This document shows, one piece after another, positions 57,939 to 64,000 of a stretch of DNA of 64,000 nt. This DNA comes from an uncultured delta proteobacterium (lineage in GTDB: Bacteria; Myxococcota_A; Polyangia; Polyangiales; Polyangiaceae). The notes beneath the pieces were generated by a model. The model did not search any database and was not told the origin of the DNA. It saw only the letters and a program-made list of their open reading frames with translations. The stretch lies in NCBI GenBank assembly GCA_963782055.1, contig CAWAIF010000003.1:4928001-4992000 (forward strand). The letters run 5' to 3'. Position numbers and translations under genes: made by a program. Positions within the stretch are counted from its first letter, which is position 1. Every line of letters begins with the position of its first letter.

Positions 57939-58751
57939 ATGCGCAAGGCTCTCATCCTCTTGGTTCAGGTCCCGCTCATCGCCCTGGTGTACGGAGCGTG
58001 CGGCGGCGACGACAGCGCCACCGACGACGCCGGCGCCGACGCCGCCAGCGACGTGCGCATCGACAAGAAGGCGCCACCCGACACCGGGGTGCAGGACAGC
58101 GGCGGCGCCTGCTCGCCGACGGACAACTCGGGGAGCTTCACGCCCAAGTGGACGCCCCCGCGCCAGCCCAACCCCAGCGCCTGCAGCGACCAGCAGATCG
58201 CCGACTACTTTGCCTTCTGCTACGACCCGAACACCAGCAACACCACCAAGTGCAGCCAGTTCACCAGCCAGTCGCCGAACAAGGCGTGCGTCTCGTGCAT
58301 CAGCTCCAAGCAGACTGACGCCGCCTACGGCGTGCTCATCAGCACCGGCGGCGTGGCCTACGCCAACGTGGCCGGCTGCATCGCGCTGCTCACCGGCGAC
58401 ACCAGCGACACCGGGTGCGGCGCCAAGGAGTGGGCGTCGACCGACTGCGTCGACGACGCCTGCAAGGCCAACTGCCCGGTCACCGACCAGGCGTCCTTCC
58501 AGCTCTACGACCAGTGCACCAAGCAGGCCGGGGCGGCGTCGTGCAAGCAGTACGCGGACGCGCAGTGCGACCTGAGCGATGCCGGGTCGGTCTACGACAT
58601 CTGCGTGAACCACCAGGCCTTCGCCGACTACTACACGGCGATCGCGCCGGTGTTCTGCGGCGGCTACTCGGCGGACGCGGGTCCGCCCGACGGGGGGAGC
58701 GACGCGTCCGGCGACGCGAGCGACGACGCGAGCGACGCGGCCTCCGAATGA
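57939..58751 (+). CDS. Cys-rich lipoprotein (paralog of 14836..15594)
   Basis: YGAC lipobox; 16-Cys domain sharing SKQTDA, GCIAL.TG, CPVTDQ.SFQLY.QC and AP.FC with the paralog. Confidence 0.82.
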   Translation: MRKALILLVQVPLIALVYGACGGDDSATDDAGADAASDVRIDKKAPPDTGVQDSGGACSPTDNSGSFTPKWTPPRQPNPSACSDQQIADYFAFCYDPNTSNTTKCSQFTSQSPNKACVSCISSKQTDAAYGVLISTGGVAYANVAGCIALLTGDTSDTGCGAKEWASTDCVDDACKANCPVTDQASFQLYDQCTKQAGAASCKQYADAQCDLSDAGSVYDICVNHQAFADYYTAIAPVFCGGYSADAGPPDGGSDASGDASDDASDAASE

Positions 58752-58780
58752 CCCGATACGCCATGGTGTAGACTCCCCGC

Positions 58781-60271
58781 GTGCACGAAGCCGAACACCT
58801 CGACGTGATCGTCGTCGGCGCCGGGCTCTCCGGCATCGCGGCGGGCTACCACCTGCAGACGCGGTGCCCCGGCAAGCGGTACGCCATCCTGGAGGGGCGC
58901 GACGCCATCGGCGGCACGTGGGACCTGTTCCGCTATCCGGGCATCCGCTCCGACTCCGACATGTACACGCTCGGGTACTCCTTCCGGCCGTGGAGGGGCG
59001 CCAAGTCCATCGCCGACGGCCCGTCCATCCTCGCGTACATCCGCGACACGGCGCACGAATACGGCATCGACCGCGAGATCCGCTTCGACCACCGCGTCGT
59101 GAAGGCGTCGTGGTCCAGCGAGCAGGCACGCTGGACCGTGGAGGCGAGGCGCGAGGACGGCGCCGTCGCGCGCTTCACCTGCGGCTTCCTCCTCGTGTGC
59201 AGCGGGTACTACGACTACGAGCGCGGCTACACGCCGGACTTCCCCGGCGTCGATCGCTTCGCCGGCCGTCTGGTGCACCCCCAGCACTGGCCCGCGGACC
59301 TCGACTACGAGGGCAAGCGCGTCGTCGTGATCGGCAGCGGCGCGACGGCGGTCACGCTCGTCCCGGAGCTGGCGAAGCGCGCGGCGCACGTCACCATGCT
59401 GCAGCGCTCGCCGACGTACATCCTCTCGCTCCCCGCCGTCGACCCGGCGGCGGCGTGGCTCCGCCGCAAGCTGCCGGAGGGCACCGCCTACGGGGCGACG
59501 CGCTGGAAGAACGTCCTCGTCAGCATGGCGATGTACAACTTCTGCCGCCGCTTCCCCGACCGCGCGAAGAAGCTCCTGGTGGGCGGCGTGAAGAAGAGCC
59601 TCGGCGACGACTTCGACGTCGCCACCCACTTCACCCCGAGCTACGGCCCCTGGGACCAGCGCCTCTGTCTCGTCCCCGACGGCGATCTCTTCGAGGCCAT
59701 CAAGACCGGCCGCGCCGACGTCGTCACCGATCACGTCGAGACCTTCACCGAGACCGGCCTGCGCTTGCGCTCCGGCAGGACGCTCGACGCCGACGTCGTC
59801 GTGACCGCGACCGGCCTGCGCGTGCAGCTCCTCGGCCACATGGAGGTCGACGTCGACGGGCGCCACGTCGACGTGGGCAAGACGCTCACCTACAAGGGCG
59901 CGATGCTCAGCGACGTGCCCAACCTCGCGGTGACGCTCGGCTACACCAACGCGTCGTGGACGCTCAAGTGCGATCTCACCTGCCAGTGGGTGTGCCGCCT
60001 CCTCGGCGAGATGGACCGCGGCGGGTATCGGATGGTGGTGCCCCGGCGGACCGACCCCGACATGCAGGAGGAGCCCGTCATCAACTTCAGCTCCGGCTAC
60101 ATCCGGCGCGCCCTCTCCGAGCTGCCGCGGCAGGGCTCGAAGGTGCCGTGGCGCCTGCACCAGAACTACGCCCTCGACCTGCTGGGCCTGCGCTTCGGCA
60201 GGATGAAGGACGCGGCGCTCCAGCTCACTGGTCGCGGGGGCGGCACGCGCCGCCCCTCCCCGCCCGAGTGA
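58781..60271 (+). CDS. Flavin-containing / Baeyer-Villiger monooxygenase (EthA-like)
   Basis: GAGLSG, GGTWDLFRYPGIRSDSD, BVMO fingerprint FAGRLVHPQHWP, GSGATA. Confidence 0.93.
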   Translation: MHEAEHLDVIVVGAGLSGIAAGYHLQTRCPGKRYAILEGRDAIGGTWDLFRYPGIRSDSDMYTLGYSFRPWRGAKSIADGPSILAYIRDTAHEYGIDREIRFDHRVVKASWSSEQARWTVEARREDGAVARFTCGFLLVCSGYYDYERGYTPDFPGVDRFAGRLVHPQHWPADLDYEGKRVVVIGSGATAVTLVPELAKRAAHVTMLQRSPTYILSLPAVDPAAAWLRRKLPEGTAYGATRWKNVLVSMAMYNFCRRFPDRAKKLLVGGVKKSLGDDFDVATHFTPSYGPWDQRLCLVPDGDLFEAIKTGRADVVTDHVETFTETGLRLRSGRTLDADVVVTATGLRVQLLGHMEVDVDGRHVDVGKTLTYKGAMLSDVPNLAVTLGYTNASWTLKCDLTCQWVCRLLGEMDRGGYRMVVPRRTDPDMQEEPVINFSSGYIRRALSELPRQGSKVPWRLHQNYALDLLGLRFGRMKDAALQLTGRGGGTRRPSPPE

Positions 60272-60293
60272 GTGCCGAGCGGCGGGGGCGCGA

Positions 60294-61169
60294 TCAGCTC
60301 GAGGTGGCCTTCGTCAGCGCCTCCAGGCCGGAGCGCACGTGGACGTCGCGCTGCGGGAAGGGGATCTCGATGCCCGCCGCGCGGAAGCCGGCGTCGATGG
60401 CGAAGCGCAGGCGCGAGGCCGCGCGCAGATCTTCCCGCGGGTTGGGGATCCAGACCAGGAGGGCGAAGTCCAGGCTGGACTCGCCGAAGTCGTCGAAGCG
60501 CACCTCCGGCTCGGGGTGCTGCAGCAGGCCGGTGTCCTCCCGCGCGACCGCGAGCAGCACCTCCTTCACCATCGCGGTGTCCGAGCCGTAGGCCACCCCC
60601 ACCTTCACCGTGATGCGCAGGTTGGTGGTGGGGACCGAGTGGTTGACCACCTGCCCGGTGACGAGCTGGCTGTTGGGCACGATGATGGTGACCTCGTCGC
60701 GGGTGATGACCTTCGTCGCGCGCATGCCGATGTCCACGATCGACCCGAACGTCTGACCGATCTGCACGAAGTCGCCGCGCGCGACGGGCCGCTCGATGAG
60801 GAGGATGAGCCCCGACACGAAGTTCTGCGCGATGGTCTGCAGGCCGAAGCCGATGCCGACGAGAAGCACCGCCGACGCGGCGAGCAGCGCGTCCAGCCGG
60901 ATCCCGAGCGACATGATCGCCACGAGGGTGCCGAGCAGCACGATGACGTAGCGCGCGATCTTCGCCAGGGCGAAGCGCGCGCCGTGCGCCACCTCGTGCC
61001 GCCCGAGCACGCGCATGATGGCGCGGTGGACCACCGCGCCGAGAACGTACGACACGACGACGATGAGCAGCGCCGTGAGGAGCCCGGCGAGGGTGATCGG
61101 GCCGCCGGCCAGGTGGACCAGCGGCTCGTGCACGACGGCATTGATCCGGTCGAAGGTGGGCATGCTCAC
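60294..61169 (-). CDS. Small-conductance mechanosensitive channel (MscS family)
   Basis: GIGFGLQTIAQNFVSGLILLIERP...GD, IIVPNS, VGVAYGSD, FGESSLDF, GIEIPFPQRDVH. Confidence 0.93.
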   Translation of the reverse strand: MSMPTFDRINAVVHEPLVHLAGGPITLAGLLTALLIVVVSYVLGAVVHRAIMRVLGRHEVAHGARFALAKIARYVIVLLGTLVAIMSLGIRLDALLAASAVLLVGIGFGLQTIAQNFVSGLILLIERPVARGDFVQIGQTFGSIVDIGMRATKVITRDEVTIIVPNSQLVTGQVVNHSVPTTNLRITVKVGVAYGSDTAMVKEVLLAVAREDTGLLQHPEPEVRFDDFGESSLDFALLVWIPNPREDLRAASRLRFAIDAGFRAAGIEIPFPQRDVHVRSGLEALTKATSS

Positions 61170-61214
61170 GTCGGCGCTCGGGAGGGGGACATCTTGGACC
61201 CGGCGCGCGGCGTG

Positions 61215-61720
61215 TCAACGATCCGCAGGCTCCTCGCGGTAATCGATGCGCACGATCTCGACGTCGTCCTGGCCGCCCGGGGTCCGCACGCGGGCCTCCT
61301 CCCCGACGCCCTTGCCGGAGAGGGCCCGCGCGAGCGGCGAGGTGAAGGCGATGGCGCCCCGGGCCGGATCGGCCTCGTCCACGCCGACGATGCGGTAGCG
61401 CCTCTCGGCGCCCGAAGACCCGCGCAGGGTGACCGTCGCGCCGAAGCGCACCTCGTCCTGCGGCTGCTTCGCCGGGTCGACCAGCTCCGCGCCGGCGATG
61501 CGCTCCTCCAGCAGCGCCACGCGCTCGTTGAGCACCGCCAGCGCGCCCGGCTCTCCCGCGGCCTCCGCGCGGGCGCGCTCGGCGGCGAGGCGCGCGTGCT
61601 CCTCGCGCAGGGCGGCGAGGCCGCGCGGCGTGACGTAGTTGGGGACGCCCTGCGGCAGCGGCGCTCGGGGGGGACCACCGCGTCGCCCGCGGCGTCGTCC
61701 TTGGTGAAGGCCTTGCTCAC
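61215..61720 (-). pseudogene. GreA/GreB-family elongation factor, frameshifted in a C7 run
   Basis: N-terminus (GTG)SKAFTKDDAAGDAVVPP is in one frame. RAPLPQGVPNYVTPRGL...VRFGATV...YRIVGVDEADP..G.I...SPLARAL.GK is in another. The span is 506 nt, one base short of in-frame, with the junction at G7 61667-61673. Confidence 0.85.
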
Positions 61721-61796
61721 CGGGCGGAGCGTAGCAGCGACGCCCGCCTCGGGGAGGGCGCTGGGACGCAAGGGTGCGGTGTGCGATGCTCGCGGC

Positions 61797-62159
61797 GTGC
61801 CGATCGCCGCCAGCCTGCTCGTTTGCCTCGTCGCCCTCCTTCACGTCTACTTCCTCGTCCTGGAGATGTTCCTCTGGGCGACCCCGTTCGGTCAGCGGAC
61901 CTTCGGCCGCTCGCGCGAGGAGCAGGAGCAGACGAAGTCGCTCGCGCAGAACCAGGGCCTGTACAACGGCTTTCTCGCCGCGGGCCTCGCCTGGTCCTTC
62001 TTCGCGCCCGGCGCGATGGTCTTCCCGCTCCGCGCCTTCTTCCTCGGGTGCGTGCTGGTGGCGGGCGTGGTGGGCGCCGTCACGGCCTCCCCCAAGATCC
62101 TCTTCGTGCAGGCGCTCCCCGCGGCCGTGGCGCTCGCGCTGGTGATCGCCGCGCGCTGA
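61797..62159 (+). CDS. DUF1304 family membrane protein
   Basis: VALLHVYFLVLEMFLW...NQGLYNGFLAAGL...ILFVQALPA. Confidence 0.88.
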   Translation: MPIAASLLVCLVALLHVYFLVLEMFLWATPFGQRTFGRSREEQEQTKSLAQNQGLYNGFLAAGLAWSFFAPGAMVFPLRAFFLGCVLVAGVVGAVTASPKILFVQALPAAVALALVIAAR

Positions 62160-62177
62160 AGGCCGCCAGGCCCCTGG

Positions 62178-63599
62178 CTACTGCCAGGGCGGACGCTCGT
62201 CCAGCGTCGCGCGCAGCGCCTTGAGCCGCGCGACGGCCTCCGAGCGCTTGTCGGCGTCGCCGGAGAGATCGTGCTCCTCGCCCGGGTCGGAGGCGAGGTC
62301 GTAGAGCTCGTAGCGCTCGTCCCGGTAGGAGATGAGCTTCATGCCGGGCGTCGGCCCGTAGACGAGGGCGCGCCGCAGCTCGTTGTAGGGGCCCTTGGGC
62401 ATGTCGACGTACACGTCGCGCTCCTCGTAGTCGGCCCCGGGCGGCGCGAGGACGTCGGCCATCAGGCTCTTGCCGCGCAGGGCGCCCTCGGGCACGGGCA
62501 CGTCGAGCAGGTCGAGGATCGTCGGCGCGATGTCGATCGCCGAGCGCTTCACCGGGACCCGGCGCGCAGGCTGCCCCGGCACGTAGACGATGAGCGGCAC
62601 CCGGATGAGCGGCTGCCACAGCTCGTGGCCGTGCTTGTAGAAGCCGTGCTCGCCGAAGGCCTCGCCATGATCGGCGGTGACGATGATCGCCGTCTCCTCC
62701 GCCCACGGCTGCTCGGCCACGTAGTCGAGCACCTCGCCGATCTGCTGGTCGGTGAACCACACGTCCTCGTCGTAGAGATCGCGCCGGGCGGGCACGCCGG
62801 CGTCGATCGCCGAGAAGTCCGGCGCGCCCTCGTGGTGCACGTACTGCCAGTGCGGGTCGTAGTAGTGGAACCACGCCAGGAAGCGCCGCGGGCGGGTGGT
62901 GTCGGCGTCGGCGGGGACGCCCGCGTCGTCGTCCCAGCTCGGCGCGGTGTTCTGCGGGCGGCCGAGCAGGTCGAGCGCCACACGCGTGAGCCGGTCGCTG
63001 GTGATGCTGTCGCCGTCGTCCTCCATGTTGGGCGCGATGGCGGAGGTGTCCCAGACGTCGAAGCCCTCCGAGAGCCCGGTCGGCCACTTGAAGTAGCGCT
63101 GGCACATCCCGCCGAGCGTCCGCACCCCCGCCGCCTGCGCCCGCTCGGCCATGAACACGTTGGCCGGGTAGTACGTCGTGTAGTGCGCGGGATCGCGCAT
63201 CGTCTCGTCGCAGTAGCGGCCGATGATCATCGAGCCGATGCTCTTGGAGGTGTACGAGGCGAGGGAGTACGCGGTCTCGAAGACGGTGGAGCGCGCGGCG
63301 AGCTCGTCCAGGTTGGGCGTGACCGGCCGCGGGTACCCGGCGAAGCCCTGGTCGGCGCGGAGCGTGTCGATCGTGATGAAGATGACGTTGTAGCTCTCCA
63401 GTCGCGGCGGCGGCTCCGGCGGCGCGGCAGACGCGCTCGGGACCGACGCGACCGGATCCGAAGGCGCCGTCGCCGAGAGCGCCGTCGACGCGGCGGCTCG
63501 CGCCGGCGAGGGCGAGTGCGAACGCGAGGCGAGCGCAAAGACCGTGACCGCCACGACCCCCGCGCCCGCGCCGGCCACCGCATGGAGGCGAGCGCGCAT
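62178..63599 (-). CDS. Membrane-anchored sulfatase/alkaline-phosphatase-superfamily protein
   Basis: NVIFITIDTLRAD, TPNLD, SYTSKS, HYYDPH, TADHGEAFGEHG...HG, RVPLI, ELYDLASDPGE. N-terminal TM/signal. Start taken at MRARLHAV. Confidence 0.88.
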   Translation of the reverse strand: MRARLHAVAGAGAGVVAVTVFALASRSHSPSPARAAASTALSATAPSDPVASVPSASAAPPEPPPRLESYNVIFITIDTLRADQGFAGYPRPVTPNLDELAARSTVFETAYSLASYTSKSIGSMIIGRYCDETMRDPAHYTTYYPANVFMAERAQAAGVRTLGGMCQRYFKWPTGLSEGFDVWDTSAIAPNMEDDGDSITSDRLTRVALDLLGRPQNTAPSWDDDAGVPADADTTRPRRFLAWFHYYDPHWQYVHHEGAPDFSAIDAGVPARRDLYDEDVWFTDQQIGEVLDYVAEQPWAEETAIIVTADHGEAFGEHGFYKHGHELWQPLIRVPLIVYVPGQPARRVPVKRSAIDIAPTILDLLDVPVPEGALRGKSLMADVLAPPGADYEERDVYVDMPKGPYNELRRALVYGPTPGMKLISYRDERYELYDLASDPGEEHDLSGDADKRSEAVARLKALRATLDERPPWQ

Positions 63600-63655
63600 G
63601 GCGACCACCGTGGACCCATGCGCCGGATGACGCAAGCACGTCGTGACCGCGCGCC

Positions 63656-64000
63656 TCAGCGGTACGGCCGCGTGGACGACACGCGCGCCAGCAAGGTCTC
63701 CACACGCGCGCGCAGCGGGTGTGCCGCGCCGAGGCAGCGAGTGCCGTCGTCGGCGAGCTCCACCATGGTCCGCGCCTCCTCCGGGCGCCCGCCGGCCTCC
63801 GCGCAGGCGGCGAGGGCGAGCGCCGCCTCCACGCGCGCCTGCCCCTCGTCCAGCATGCCGAGCACCGCGCGCAGCTCCGGCGCGGCGCGCGCCGTGTCTC
63901 CTCGCTCCAGCCACGCCTGACCACGGAGCCACCTCCCGCGCGCCTCCGCGCCGCCGCCGAGCGCGGGGCCGTGCGCGCACAGCCAGGCGGCGATGGCCTC
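63656..64000 (-). CDS. C-terminal part of an Ala-rich helical (TPR-like) protein, start outside window
   Basis: Frame open from the window edge to the stop at 63656; helical Ala/Leu-rich sequence. Confidence 0.5.
   Translation of the reverse strand, partial: EAIAAWLCAHGPALGGGAEARGRWLRGQAWLERGDTARAAPELRAVLGMLDEGQARVEAALALAACAEAGGRPEEARTMVELADDGTRCLGAAHPLRARVETLLARVSSTRPYR

Overview
Very GC-rich, gene-dense bacterial chromosome window. It most likely comes from a myxobacterium of the Polyangiaceae/Sorangiineae type; this is inferred from three Hanks-type Ser/Thr kinases, many Cys-rich lipoproteins with acidic Gly-rich linkers, and myxobacterial-style signalling genes. Housekeeping genes include obgE, lpdA, a 2-oxoacid dehydrogenase E1-alpha, icd, ruvB, yebC, ruvC, lolA, a CCA-adding enzyme and a PspA-family gene. 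They are interspersed with accessory envelope, secreted and signalling genes. No rRNA, tRNA, CRISPR array, transposase or prophage was recognised. The main observations are: (1) a recurrent D-[A/G/S]-[G/S] motif across many unrelated exported proteins; (2) a translationally coupled pair of large DUF3857/transglutaminase-like exported proteins, one with an intact Cys-His-Asp triad and one lacking the Cys; (3) a structured, promoter-driven ~80-nt leader or sRNA candidate at 15.7 kb; (4) a four-helix-bundle gene with low-complexity repeats upstream and an in-frame RCC1 remnant downstream; (5) a Gre-factor gene frameshifted in a C7 run; (6) an orphan FlhB/SctU gene coupled to obgE; (7) a REC-GAF-PAS-PAS-HisKA protein with no ATPase domain next to a complete kinase; (8) an AUR1/IPC-synthase-like gene. 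All calls come from reading motifs by eye; no database searches were run.
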